Of a stretch of 64,000 bases of DNA, positions 45,533-60,520 are shown in pieces. The notes under the pieces are model-generated. The model searched no databases, was not told the DNA's origin, and was given only the letters and a program-made list of their open reading frames with translations. The translations under genes and the position numbers were made by a program. The DNA lies in the NCBI RefSeq assembly GCF_009914755.1, contig NC_060926.1; one strand, written 5' to 3'. Every line of letters begins with the position of its first letter. The stretch's first letter is position 1. The stretch comes from the human T2T-CHM13v2.0 reference genome, Homo sapiens.

Positions 45533-45737
45533 CAGCACTGCCCAGTAGAAATATAGCATAGGCCATACTTCAAAGAAAGTAAAAACAGGTAAATTGCATT
45601 CTAATAAAATACCATATTTAACCCAATATAGCCAAAGTATTATGATTTCAACATGTAGCATTAGCCACATGTTGGCCACAGTTCAAGTGGTCAATAGCCA
45701 CATGTGGCTAGCAGCTACCATACCAGACAGTGTAGGC
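45533..45737 (+). mobile_element. MER33 (hAT), internally deleted
   Basis: cagcactgcccagtagaaatata..tttaacccaatatag..caatagccacatgtggctag..ccagacagtg. Confidence 0.75.
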
Positions 45738-47089
45738 CTAAGACATTTACATTTTCCCCAGTCTTCCCTATGCTTGACCATCTCTAGAATTTTTCGTTGG
45801 CTGCTACTTCTGCCTGGAATTCCCACCTTCCCTCTTCATATTCCACCCCACTGTGGTTACAATTTCTCCCCTATTGTGCCCTTCCTGACCCACCACCTGC
45901 AAATTATGTGTCTCTTTCATGCACTTCCAGAGCACACTGAGTTTTCTTTAGCAAAGAGTATATAGAAAGTTCTTTTCTTTTTACTTATATCAGAGGTATC
46001 TTAAAATGTCTAGTAATTAGTATAATATTTGACACATGGTAGGTTAAATACACACTCATGGTTGCCCACCCCATCAAAACTCCTCCTTTACTCAGTATCC
46101 GCCTGCTCTCCTATGGCCCAGGTAACTCAGAGGATACGAAGCTCATTGTTAGCTACTAGGGTGGAGCCTAAGTGGAAATTGATCAGCACATGATATTATT
46201 CTGGGGATTGTTATTGGTTCCAGATGGGCATGTGAACAAAGTTGCTCCAATTAAGCTGAAGGGAAAGAGCTTATTCCAGAGTTAGGGCAAAGGTTCTTCC
46301 TTTTTCCCCCACAATATGTGACTAAGGAAGTGTGCTGCCCCTTTTGCCACCAGCAACCTCCCTATAACGAGCCCTCCAAAAGAGCAAAAGAGAAGGAAAG
46401 AACATGGAGTCATTAGGCAATCTAGCTTTAAAGTCTGCACTGTGTCCAGATTTCAGAGTTTATGAGATAATAATTTTCTAATTTTAAAAGCTAGTTTGAA
46501 ATAGTTTTTTATTACCTGCAGCCGAATGTATATGACTGATCTTGTTAACTTGTGTTAAGTGAATGCTTATTATGTGACATTGTTCTAGATATTTTACAGA
46601 TTTTCCAACCACTCATATGAACTTCATATTTTTGCATTTTATATTTTACTTCTATTTCTTATTGAAAATAGTTTTCAGGGATAAGTTTTCCTGTGCTAAT
46701 TAGAATGTTTTTTCCTGCTATCATGCTCAAGGTGAGATGCCTCCTTGGTGTCTGTGAGGCAAGAATTTAGATTGTTGCAGACCAGAGACTGAAGAGTGTC
46801 CCCATTATTTGCCTTTCTGCCTGTGGGTATATATTACTCTTACATAGCTCCTGTTTCATAATGGCATATAGGTATGGGGGAGGTAGATAATTTGTTGTAC
46901 TCCTTACATCAAGCCAAAAGGACAGCCATCCACATGTAACAGGGAGTACTTCACAATACCCAGGGATACTGTACCTGGACCAAATAGGACTTTAGGTTGT
47001 CTTCCTTTGGGAAATGATGGAATCAGGGGGTGTTCTATGTTCAGGAAAACACAAAGGTGGACATTTAGCAAGCTGAGGCAGAGATGAAA

Positions 47090-47445
47090 TGATGTGTTCA
47101 CAGAATCCCCTTTCACTCTCCTTTCCCTAGGCCCCTTATTTGGAGTTAGGTCAGGTGCCATGTGACTAAATCTGCCCAAAGGAATGTGAACATATGTAAT
47201 GTCAGCCACACCAGGTCTAGGCCTTGTAACAATCTCACACAATTGTTCATACTGTTTCATGAAGGTCTGTGCCAAAAATGGCAGTATCTCAAGGTACATG
47301 ATGCCAGAATCCCCAAAGGATTGCTTGGAGAGAGCTCCAACATCCGTTAGACTAAAACATGAACCAGAAAGAGGTTCTATTATATTAAACCACTAAGATT
47401 TTTAGGATTTTTCTTAAAACAACTAGTGTTACTTATGCTGATTAA
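47090..47445 (+). mobile_element. Old ERVL LTR (LTR16-like)
   Basis: gttaggtcaggtgccatgtgactaaatctgcccaaaggaatgtga..attaaaccactaagatttt. Confidence 0.55.
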
Positions 47446-48659
47446 AATAGTACTCAATAAATGCTTGTTGGATAAGGAAATTGGGTCAAAACAGGATATC
47501 ATTTCACTTAATAAGACATCCACAGTAACTTCTGCCAAAACAAAGCAAAAAAAATTAAATTAAATTAAGAATTTTACACTCTTCCACTCCACAAGGGGAT
47601 CCATACCATCTGTATCTGAAATTATTCACTGCTAATTACTCAGTTTTTAACACATACCTGGCACTGAGTATGTGTTTAATAAACATTTATTGCAACTTCT
47701 AAATGTTTGGAGTTCCACAGAGTCGTCCTTAAGCCTGATTGTATATAGAATTACATATTTTATAGGACTATAGTTGATTTTATTTTTGTCTTTATACTTA
47801 CCTTGGTTTTCAAGCCATATCCATTAGTTATTATTTCATTATAATAAAAAAGTAAAAGTTTATTTTCAGAATCTATAAATCAATGTTGAACATTTATAAG
47901 AAAGCAAAATCATGGTATCAAATTAAGGTTGAAATAACAAAACAAATACTAGAGAAACCAAGTAATATATTCTGAAGCATTAGCTATAATAATGGTCATT
48001 ATGAAGGAATTCTGTCAGAAAGCACTTCAATCAAATAGTAACGTAAGACACAATTACAAGAAAAATCAGCCTGGAGATTCTAGTCTCTTACTTTACAAGA
48101 AAAGTAAAATATTCTGGGTTATTTTAAGCCTCTAAAAAAATAGTTTCTATCACCTGAAAGCTGAATACATTATTTAACACTGTGATCTCTAATGCAGTAC
48201 AGTAAAAGGCACAGTGTCTTTTGATGCAAAACAAGAATTAAGGAAAGTTACAGTGTCTGCTTTGAGATTTGGAAGATAAGAAGAAGGAAAAGATAAGAAG
48301 AAGGAGCTAGAACCTGAAAGGAATGAGGAAATCGAATAGACTGGACTTCTCACATTTTGATTTAGCATCTTGTTTAACCACTAAGCATCTTATTCCCTAA
48401 GGAGTATTTATCTTTAAGTTTTGTGGGAAGAGTGTAAATTGCACATAGGAATTAATTAATTTAATGCTTCAGTGTCCCACCTAATCAGATTATAAATCAC
48501 TCTCTCAGACCGTATCTCTTATAATCATGACATCCCTAAGAGGTAAATTTGTAGATTAGGTTATTGATTAAATGTGGGGAGGGTGAAAGACATAAAGTCG
48601 TCGGGATTGACTGCCAAGGTTTGACATGAACAATTGGGTGGTTAATGGCGCCATTTATT

Positions 48660-48850
48660 GTGGCAGTCCACACATTCTAATGTGCATAGGAATCACCTGG
48701 AGAGTGTTTAACTATTTCAGTTCCCTGGTCCACACTCTAAAATTCTGGCTCAGTAGATTTATAGAAAGGAGTCTTGGAATTTGAATTTTTCTAAAAGTAC
48801 CCCTAGAGGATTCTAGTACAAGTGAGTAGAGGACAACCTTTTGAGATATT
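48660..48850. mobile_element. MER5A-like MITE within an L2 remnant
   Basis: aatgtgcataggaatcacctggagag..ttctggctcagtag..aacctttgaga. Confidence 0.7.
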
Positions 48851-50829
48851 TATAAATAAGGGGCACCCTGGAGGAGAAACAGATTTGTGGAAAAGATCCT
48901 AAGTTTTAGCTGCGGACAAGAATGTTCTGCTGATGTGAATCTGAATAAGTTTGTCCCCATGTGTTTCTAAGCTAACACTAAGGAAGAATGAACACTGAGA
49001 AGTTCCGAGCCAGGACATTGAAAGACTCTCAAACCATTACAATGGGAATAGCTCTGGGATTCAGGAACTATGCGGGCTCAGACAAAGAAGTCCACCCCAA
49101 AAAGTTGTATTTTCCAAACCTTAGGAAGGTAGGCAGTAGATGAATTAAACATAAGAAAATAAGGCAAATGCCTGAGGTTATATGAGCACTGTCAATATTC
49201 ATCTGCCATCCAGACACTTTAATATTTGCTATATGTGCTTTATAGTATTTTATGTTCATTAAACTCCTAGCACGATTTCATGCTTACAGAGAATGATGGT
49301 TTTATGGGGGTGAGGAGAGGAAAGGGACACACAGAGGTGAAAGTACACACTGGCAACCAGCCTTATGAAGATTGCCTAGCAAATAAGACAAGTAGCTTAT
49401 AAGAGGCATGACCTGGAACTTGCAGCATAGAGAATAGAATTGAGCTCAATTTAAATTAACCTAGCCCCGTGACAGTAGAAATCAGTCACAGCAGATGAAA
49501 GGGCCATGTTGTTTATGCCCGTATCTTTGGTTTTAACAGATCTGGGAGATGAAGGTTTATCCTTTCATTTAAACATTTGATGATGGTATCCTTAAAAGAA
49601 CTATAAAATGCCATTTTAATATCCTTATGGGTGCAAAGTGCTTCTTAATTTCCAGATAAATATAACTTTGGAAATGTTCTCAATTTAAGAGAGGGCTAGG
49701 AATATATAGAAGTCAGAGAAGAAGTGGTTATCTGCTCTCTCCTTGGGACATGAGAAATATTGACCAAATTATGAGATACTATTAACAGTCACCAAGGAGA
49801 ACAATTTTGAATCAAACTCAAAGAATATATCTATAATATCTTCATATGCAGTAATTTCTTACCAATTTCTTTTTTAATGGCTTCAATACAATTCCATTTC
49901 TTTTGGCATTCAGAGGCTTTATTAATATATTCCTACTTTTATTGAATTCTAAAACTAAAATGATGAGGTTGAGTGATATCCAAGAAAAAAAATTTGGAAT
50001 ATTTTAGCTCACCAAAAACTTAGTGCATAATTCTGTTCAAATTTAATATATCCTCACACTAAAATTCTATTTTCAAAATCTTACATTTCAGTTGCTTTTT
50101 TTTCATGTTAAATAGGCTAAGCAATGGATAATTCTCCTTTTAAAAGTGACCAAAAATGTGTACATTACTTTTAAAAAGTGCATGTCAGTGTTAAATACAA
50201 ATAATAAGAATACATGGTTGGAATTTTCACTTATCCTTGAAAGACCAAGAAATTGGAGTTTAAATGCATTTAAATGCAATGAAAACACTGATTCATTAGA
50301 GAGCAGGTTGCTATGTAATTTACAGTGTTTGGCATTCACGCACTCATTATTTAGTACATGATACTTTTTATGAAGATATGTAAACTCTCTGGGCACAGAT
50401 CCATTTTAAAAACCTAGTTCCTCTGAAACAAAGAAATTCTTGAGGAAAGAAAGCTGCAAAAATAAAATAGCTGACTGCAGAGACAGCCACCTGTGGAGTA
50501 GTGTACATTCTGGAGAATTTTCAATGTAGAAGACAACAGGACATCAAATCACATGTATTCTAAGGAGCTGCAGAGTTTAAACTATGAAATGAGGAGGCAT
50601 CAAATAAAACAGAAAGCAAACAAATTTAATATGGGAAGGTCACTGGAGATGCCAATAAGAAAAATAAAGGTTGTCCAGGAAAGATTGCGAGTGTGCATTT
50701 TGAACCTGCAACAGGCGATGCAGACATTGTACCTCAACCCTTGCAGAGGAGCACTAAGCTAGTGTCCTGTGACTTACTGAGCATATTGATGGTCTTGCTT
50801 TACTGCTTACTTTTAGGTCATCTTCTATT

Positions 50830-51010
50830 CATTAGAAAACACTAGGCACTGCATGAAGCACTCCTATTATCTTGTTTAATTCTTATAATCTTGTTTTAAT
50901 TCCCCTTACGATGTGATAGTTGAGATAAGATACATAAGATATGCTTTTTTGCCCAAGTCACCTACCTAGGAAATGGAAGAGACAACGTTTGAACTCAAGT
51001 CTGATTGAGA
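50830..51010 (-). mobile_element. MIR
   Basis: tttgcccaagtcacctacctaggaaatgg..tttgaactcaagtctga. Confidence 0.6.
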
Positions 51011-51261
51011 GCAAGGATGACATCTGTATAATGCCAGCTTCCTGGCATAGATTACTGCTATTCATCAAGAGAGTAAACCCAGAGAAAAATTTGTTTTACC
51101 CTACATACCTTTTAAAATTGTATTTATTTGTAATTATTTACAAAATTATCTAACAGCACTTTCTCTTGCACTTTAGGTTGGCTGCAACACAGCAATCATG
51201 ATTGTTGATTTTTCTGTCATTATTGATCCTACTAATTCTAACACATGCTTATGGGATTTTA

Positions 51262-51552
<291 letters not shown>

Positions 51553-51704
51553 CTATATGGTCTTGCTTTGCTATTGTGCTCCTAGTTCAATTGCAACTTC
51601 TGCTTTTAAAATGGTCAAAATGACACTATTAATAATTATATAAATCACCATCTGCACTTATGTTGAGCACATGGTATGAATCAGAGTATCAGGCACTCAT
51701 TATT

Positions 51705-52132
51705 TCAATAGCACTGTGTAGCAAACCTCCCTAGAACTCAATGAGCATTTTCCCCAGCAAGTGGACATGGATCAACCAATTTACACTCAGCTTAAATGGG
51801 CATCTCTGCTTCACACTGTGGGTCTACATTTGATTCTTCACTGTGAGTTGGGCTCACGTCTCCCACATGAATCTTCCTTCTGGTCCCAGGCTGAAGGAAC
51901 AGTAGCTACTCAAGGGAAGCTCTTCTAGTAGAGACGCCACAAGTGCAAGTGGGCAAACCCAACTGGGCAAGCACATTTCCAGGTTTTGCTGTGTCACGTC
52001 TTCCATAAAGCAGGATGCATGCTCAAGCTCAAGTCAAGGGAAGGACCCCCATCCACAGAGGGCTGAAATGCAAATCCATGCAACAAATACATGGAGAAGT
52101 ACGGAATTGGGACCAATAATTCAATCTACCAA
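51705..52132. mobile_element. Old ERVL/MaLR LTR
   Basis: ggctgaaggaacagtagctac..caagtgggcaaacccaac..caagcacatttcc..ggaccaataattcaatctacca. Confidence 0.5.
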
Positions 52133-53209
52133 AGAGCAACCATGTAAAGTTTTTTCATATCGTGTTAATTTTAACCGATCCGCAAAGTTGGAATTAATTT
52201 TTCAATATTCTCAAAAAGAAAAGTGAGATAAAGGTTAAAAAAACTCATATAATGTGACAGTTATTAAATAGAAAGTATGAGATACAAACTTGATCTGCCT
52301 AATTCCAAAGTTCTTTCACTCTTCTCTAATCATGGCTTCTCTCAAAACACAAGATAGTTAATTCTATTTCTCTTGAAATATTTATGTGGAACTTCACATT
52401 TTATAAAACATTTTCACATTTTTTTCTCACTTATTGATGTAACTGCCTGGGACAAAATTTGAACTTTCTCGGGATCCATTCTTCACTTCTTGTTGCATTA
52501 TCTAGCCACTGCTGGTTACCCTATTAAAGTTAGTGACTTAGCTCACCCCAAAATTAACTAACTATACATACCAATTAGTTCACCACTTTTTACTGAACTG
52601 ACTCCTAAGTTTAACACAAGAATAAAAATTAAATAAACAAGATTCGTGCTTAGAAAAATCAGGTTATTGTCTGGTACAAATGTAAGTCATGCTGCATTAT
52701 CACTCAAACTGACTCAAGTTGTTTTTGGTTTTGTTTTATATACTATATATATACTGAGAACCTACTATGTGTCAATCATATCATATTTCCTAATTTGGCC
52801 TGATAGTAGTACAATAAAGCATGTGTTATTAACTTGATATTACAAATTAGGAAATGGAGTCTCCAGGAGGTTAAGTAATACAATCAAGGTCATATTGGGA
52901 TTCCAGTTTGGGTTGGCTGTCTGACAATGGCTAGCTAGTGTTGTTCACCATCTAGTAATCTGAATCCCCTTTTTCTAAAATTCACAAAAATTGGCCCATC
53001 CCCGCCCCAGGCTGTATGGTGTTCAGGTATTACCACAGAACTCCTGTAGACAAAGCCAGATGCCTGTCCTCCAGAAAGACATTTCCTGAATGATCTCTTT
53101 TCACACAACAAATGTGGAGGCAAAAAAATACTGAGAAATAAATTATAGAGAAAGTAATAGTGAGAAGAATAAAATTCTCCAAATAAGAATAACTGAGGCC
53201 TGAGGATCA

Positions 53210-53662
<453 letters not shown>

Positions 53663-54369
53663 TTAAAAAAAAACAAACTAATATGGAAAAATTGACATCA
53701 GAACACTTATTGTTTAGGTTAATTCCAAAAATATAGAAATATTATAGTGTTTAACAAAATTAAAATTAAAATATGACTAACATCACCCTGAAAGTGGTGG
53801 AAAAAAAGAAAGAGAGAAATTCAAGAGTGTGATTTCCCTTTTCTGTCATAACAGGGAGTTTATATTATATACAATTGAAATCCATAATAATAAAAAGCAC
53901 AATGGTTCTGAAATTTTAATATTTCTCATAATCTTCTTCTCTTCAATTTAGAGGGAACTTGTGGAGAATAATATTTCTTTGTGGTGAAAAAATATTTATC
54001 CAAAATTCAATAATTCTTTGTTTCATTTTATTCTTTTCTTTTTGAACAATTCAAATAAACTTAACTTTATAACTTATATTTAAAATAATAGATCATATCC
54101 AATTTTTATAAAATTATCTTCACCTATCTGGATATAAGCATAGAGAGATGTCAGAATAGCATTCTCCTGATATTAGTGTTAGTTTTTTGTGGTTCATGGA
54201 ATGTGCGGTAATATTTTCTTCACTTTTCAGTTTATGTTTATTTTTTAATGAGTATAACTATTGTATAAAAACTTAAAAATATTTTATTTTTAAAGAATTG
54301 TGTTTACAGACATTCAAAGCTTCATTTTCCAATTTCCTAACAAAATATTTCTTTGTAACTATGTAGTGT

Positions 54370-54635
54370 ATTTAATTCAACAAATATTGACTGAATACTT
54401 CATGTGTCCGATCCATTATGCTAGGAACTGAGGGCTCCAAAATGAACAAACTCCTGCATTGGAGGAGACAAGAATGCAACGGGAACAATGTTAACATAAT
54501 GTGTTGGGTGCTGAGAGAGTGGTACATGGGGTGTTCATACATACAAGAGGAGCATCCCCCAAAATCTGAGGAGCTCCAAGCAGGCTTCCAGCAGGAATAA
54601 CACTTGGACTGAGTTTTAGAGCATGGTTAGGAATT
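54370..54635 (-). mobile_element. L2 3' end
   Basis: attcaacaaatattgactgaatactt..tatgctagg. Confidence 0.65.
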
Positions 54636-54689
54636 CTGAAAAGAAAAAAAGAAAAAAAAAGAAGAAGAAGAAGGAAAGTGGGGAAAATC

Positions 54690-55063
<374 letters not shown>

Positions 55064-56327
55064 TCACAGGGATTTGAGAAGGGCACTGCAGATTAAGAAC
55101 CTGCTAAACAACCTACAGAAAAAGCTAACAGAATATAAACATGGATGGGTTGAGCTTTCAGAGCCAAAATGTGAGTGTGTTAAACAAGTACAATCTTCTT
55201 ACTAAGAGGAAGCCAGAGGCATAGAACTCTGGTTTAGTGAAGGGTGCAGGGAGGGAAATGGACAGGACAAACAATTGTCTTTTGTAAGTTCAGGATGATA
55301 GTATCCCTTGCCTTCCCCAGCTGTGTTCACCTGGAGTCCCTGACCACCTGTAAGCTCTACTGTGCCCTGATCCTAAGTCAGCTCAGTTAACTCAGTTCCA
55401 GAGCAGGATGCTCTAGGCCTAGGAAGGTGATGTGTGAAATGAGATTGGCACAGAGACTAGGTTCAGGGCATCCAGGGCTGATGACTGACAGCCTTCACTT
55501 ACCACCTACTCTGCTGAGTTTCTGTCTCCTTTTCCTATCTTTGCTTCTCCGTGTATGGTATGGAGGTTTTTGCTGAAGACAAGATGTGGCTGCAGGGCTC
55601 ATACCTTGTCTAGCTCTTTCCAGGCTCCTCTTTCAGAGGGACAGGGGAAAAGAGAATCCTACTTACCATGGCAATTTACTAGTTCTCTCTTTTTCTGAAG
55701 AGATCTATGCTGCCATCTGCCTGAAGCCTTGTTCTGTCATTCATTTAGCACCACTGTGGCCAAGCCCCCACTGCCGCTTAGACCACCCTGGATATTCACA
55801 TCTGCCGAGATCAGGGCAGTTCTGACACTTTCTGATTAATCCTATGCCTGGGTCAGACTGCTTGGCATCCAAGCTTCCTCCTCTTGTTACAAGTATGCTT
55901 TGCAGCCAAGCCAAGTGACGTACAACATGAGCTGAAAAAGGAGTGCTCTAACTGAAAAAGCACAATGTCAAAGAAATCCATCAAGTCCAGCTTTCAAATC
56001 TGGGTTTGTAGATAAGATTAGGATGAGAAAGCCTGCTATAGAGGAGTCAGGTATTAGATAAGAAATTATATGTATGTTAGGCTTTATATTGTTTCCTTAA
56101 CATTGATGACATGGTAATAATTATGAATAGATAAAAGTTAATATCTTTGTGATGTTATGTTTTGATTTGTTTCTTTTCATTGTATCACTCTGTTCTTACT
56201 TCTGCCTTTTAGGGATATGTTATCCTACAGTTTGAACAGTGACCAGGTTTTCTTCCTAAGATTTATGTTGACAAAACATAGGTTCAGGTTTTCTTCACAA
56301 TTTTATGTTTTGTAATTCTGCACAGAA

Positions 56328-56360
<33 letters not shown>

Positions 56361-56422
56361 TAAATATAAAATACACACTCTATATTTAGAGGAATATATA
56401 TACATATGTATATATGTATGTA
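56328..56422 (+). repeat. (TA)n/(CA)n AT-rich microsatellite
   Basis: Directly visible. Confidence 0.9.
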
Positions 56423-56873
56423 TTCTTAACAGTTTCAGCTGTTAAGAAAAGAATTGTATCTTTTTAGAAATATACTTTGATCATCCTCTTGGGAATAGAG
56501 AATGAGATCCTCAGGATTTGCTCTTTAGTATCTAAGGCCACAAACTCAATATGTAAACTGTTCTGTATCGTAAAGAACATGGACCTAATGGAGAATGGTT
56601 AAAAAAAGAAGAGGAAGAAAGGAACAGAGGATGGAGCTACACAGGGGAAGTTTAACTTGTACAACAGAATAGACCTGAACTTCTAGGAATTATTGTTTGC
56701 TTTTCTCTTATGCTGTTTTCGCCAACTCTTTAGTATTGTACACACATCTACGTGTTCTGTGAAGTTTTTTTTTTATGATTGTTTGTCTGTCTTTTTAGTT
56801 TTGTAAAAACTAAGGAAAAGAGATGAGTTCTATACCCAGAATGATGTGAAACAGGATAGGAACAATGTGAGTG

Positions 56874-57584
56874 TGAGAGGTGAAGCTGGCTGGGCTTCTG
56901 GGTTGGGTGGGGACTTGGAGAACTTTTCTGTCTACCTAAAGGATTGTAAACACACCAATCAGCATTCTGTGTCTAGCTAAAGGTTTGTAAATGCACCAAT
57001 CAGCACTCTGTAAAAACCCACCAATCAGCGCTCTGTGTCTAGCTAAAGGTTTGTAAACGCACCAATCAGCACTGTAAAACGGACCAATCGGTGCTTTGTA
57101 AAATGGACCAATCAGCAGGATGTGGGCGGGGCTAAATAAGAAAATAAAAGCTGGCAACCAGAGCCAGCAGGTCCCCTTCCAGGCTGTGGAAGCCTTGATA
57201 TTTTGCTCTTCATAATAAATCTTGCTGCTGCTCACTCTGGGTCCGCACTACCTTTATGAGCTATAACATTCACTGCGAGGGTCTGCGACTTCATTCCTGA
57301 AGTCAGCGAGACCACAGACCCACTGGGAGGAAAAAACAACTCCGGACGCGCCACCTGTAAGAGCTGTAACACTCACTGTGAAAGTCTGCTGCTTCACTCC
57401 TGAAGTCAGCGAGACCAGGAACCCACCAGAAGGAAGAAACTCCATACCCATCTGAACATCTGAAGGAACAAACTCCGGACACACCATCTTTAAGAACTGT
57501 TAACACTCACCACGAGGGTCCACAGCTTCATTCTTGAAGTCAGTGAGACCAATAACCCACCGGAAGGAATAAATTCCGGACACA
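56874..57584 (+). mobile_element. Solo LTR12-family (ERV9) LTR
   Basis: Starts tgagaggtgaag and ends ccggacaca. 4-bp TSD AGTG at 56870-56873 and 57585-57588. Tandem accaatcagc U3 repeats and three cttca..tgaagtcag.gagacca repeats. Confidence 0.95.
56950..57155 (+). promoter_or_regulatory. LTR12 U3 promoter/enhancer: six CCAAT boxes, GC box, AATAAAA TATA-like box
   Basis: CCAAT at ~56955, 56996, 57021, 57062, 57084 and 57108; gggcgggg ~57124; aataaaa ~57143. Confidence 0.75.
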
Positions 57585-58598
57585 AGTGTGTTTGTGAGAC
57601 AGCCCTAATTGGAGCTCATGTGGTTCACCAGCAGAACACTAATCTCCATCCCCCTCACTCTTTGCCTCCTTGATTGTTACAAGCTTACAAATAAACAGCG
57701 CTTAATAGCAGGTTTTCAATAGCAAATTCTACTTTTTACTAAGTTGAGAATTTCTTTTTTAAAGAAAAGAAAAAACAGAAGGATCTATGAATTCAAACCA
57801 CACTTGTCATTGATCACCATTTAATTCTAAATGAGTCACTGTATGTTAGTGAATAAAAACTAGAGTTTAAAATCTTAAACAAAAAGAAGAGAGGATTTTC
57901 AAGGATGGTAGTGAACCAGCTCCATGCTTAGGGACTCAGGTAAGGCCAGGGTATGGACTCCTGATACCAGGGATCTTTAATCTAGGAATCAAAGGACCAA
58001 GTGATGGCAAAGATATTTAGGCAGTGAAAAGAAATAGTGGCCTGTATCTGTGTATAATGTGACTTCAGCGTGGAATTGGGGAGCTGCTTAGGGGGCTACC
58101 GCACATCTCTGAGATACTTAGGTGGACAGTGGCAGGTCACTCAGACCGAGGCATGAGTCCTGCCAGTGAAGTTCTGCCTTCGGGGTGATCTAACTAACTC
58201 TAGGTCTGGTTTTCCTCATTGTAAAAGAAAAAAAAATGTGGATAAATGAAATACATTCCTCTTTTCTCCAAAACAATAAATTACTGGTCGTTTGATTCAA
58301 ATTCTGCTTAGTATGCATATGCTGTGTTTGTATGTTTCTGACTGTGAAGATAAAGGCAAAGAATCCTCGCTATCCTTACTCAGTGCCTTCCTCTACCATG
58401 CAGCAGGTAAGTGGAACTAACAGAACTCACTGTTCTTTGTTTCCTGCCCAGCTCCCTCTGCCTTGCTTTTCTGGGACCCCAAGAAATTCCTGTTGTGAAA
58501 ACTGCAAGAAAAAACCCTGTCTCAGCCAAACAGAATTCATCCAAGGACCTCAGCGTGTGTGTGCTTTGGGGAAGGGTTAAGAAGGGAAGAATATTTTC

Positions 58599-58944
58599 CT
58601 TTCTTTTATTTTTATTTTTATTTATTTATTTTATTTTATTTTATTTTATTTTATTTTTTGAGACAGAGTCTCAGTCTGTCACCCAGGCTGGAGTGTAGCG
58701 GCATGATTTCGGTTCACTGCAAGCTCCGCCTTCAGGGTTCACGCCATTCTCCTGCCTCAGCCTCCTGAGTAGCTAGAACTACAGGTGCCCGCCACTACGC
58801 CCGGCTAATTTTGTGTGTGTGTGTTTTTAGTAAAGACAGGGTTTCACCGTGTTAGCCAGGATGGTCTCGATCTCCTGACCTCATGATCTGCCCACCTCGT
58901 CCTCCCAAAGTGCTGGGATTACAGGCCTGAGCCACCGTGACCGG
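58599..58944 (-). mobile_element. AluY with (TTTTA)n tail
   Basis: tgcaagctccgcc, ttcacgccattc, gttagccaggatggtc; TSD aagaatattttc on both sides. Confidence 0.95.
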
Positions 58945-59019
58945 AAGAATATTTTCAAACAGCCAAGCTTGCCTGTGGTCAGCAGTATCCAAAGGGGATT
59001 TCCAGAGTTGAAGTACCCA

Positions 59020-59175
59020 AACTGGAGGAGTTTAAAAACTATTCATTTGCTAAAATACAGATTCTCTGGGCTCCCCACCCACATTCTGACTTGGAGTATC
59101 TGGGGCCAGAACCTACGTACCTGAATCTGTAAAAGCTGCCTAGATGGTTCTGAGTCTATACAGGTTTGGGGAATG
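59020..59175. mobile_element. MER5-like MITE
   Basis: ttgctaaaatacagattctctgggctcccc..ttctgac..tctggggcc..gatggttctga..ggtttggggaa. Confidence 0.6.
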
Positions 59176-59539
59176 AAGTTAGGAATATTCTCAATCATTG
59201 GCATTTAACAACAGTCTTCCTAGGAAAGAGTCGCAGAGAAAATCCCAAATCCCAATGGTGATTTTTTTTTTATCTCAAAGCACACACAGAAATTGAGTTG
59301 TCTCACCTCTGCTCCAATCCTTTTAGAGAGACATTCTTTATAATAACCACTGGGTTTCCCAGTGAGTACTTGCAATAAAGGTACACCTTAACTATTCAAT
59401 AAATGTATGAAGTTTATTTTATAGTGAGAACATGGTCACTTTCAAATTATGTATTTATGGTCTTAATAAAATCTTAAAAGAGCAAACCCTGAATGAACCT
59501 GGTTGCTAATTTCAGTCATGAATCCAGTGCCCAAGAGAA

Positions 59540-59914
<375 letters not shown>

Positions 59915-60260
59915 TTATGTTGTGGCAACAACTCCTAAGATTTCAATAGATTAAAACTGAAAGTGTTTGTTTCTTGTTTATGCTATATGACCATTATGTG
60001 TCATCAGGGACTCTATTCCTCACAGTTGCCCTGAGACCCAGGCTAAGTGAGTAGCCACCATCTTGAACATTGCCAGTTTTTACCCAAGAGGGAAAAATTC
60101 TGGAAAAAATCTCATAGCAACAATTATCCCCCACTCCCAACTCATGAGCTAAGCTACTTGTGTGGCTTCACTATATCACAAGGGAGCCAGGAAATGCAAT
60201 CCTAGCAGTTTATTGGAAGGGGAGAGAGCTAAGCATATTCTGTGAATGGTATCAATGATA
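59915..60260. mobile_element. Old ERVL-class LTR (LTR33-like)
   Basis: tttgtttcttgtttatgctatatg..gacccaggct..gccaccatcttgaacattgcc..ggaaatgcaatcct. Confidence 0.55.
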
Positions 60261-60309
60261 AGCAGAGTTAATATTCATATCCTTGCAAATAATCTGTTCT
60301 TTAGACCAT

Positions 60310-60520
60310 GCTCTTGAGTCAGAGCAGCCTGGACCAAAAATGCCCTTTACTGCTTTGCTGAGTGGTTTTTCACAATTTTCTTAATTCTTTGAGTCTGAAT
60401 GGCCTCATCTATGAAATGAGGGTAATAAACCTTTAGCCACTCAGGCTTGCTGTAAGGATTAAATAATTTTTTTAAAAAAATGCAAAGTGCTTGGCACACA
60501 ATGCACACTGAATGTTTGCA
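60310..60520 (+). mobile_element. MIR
   Basis: cctcatctatgaaatgagggtaat..gtaaggattaaat..aaagtgcttggcaca. Confidence 0.75.

Noticed and set aside
50259-50274. 16-bp perfect palindrome tttaaatgcatttaaa
   Set aside because: AT-rich and part of a short tandem duplication; plausible by chance in 64 kb.
56950-57560. Regularly spaced repeats resembling a CRISPR array
   Set aside because: They are the U3 CCAAT repeats and downstream repeats of LTR12; the spacers are homologous to each other and there are no cas genes.
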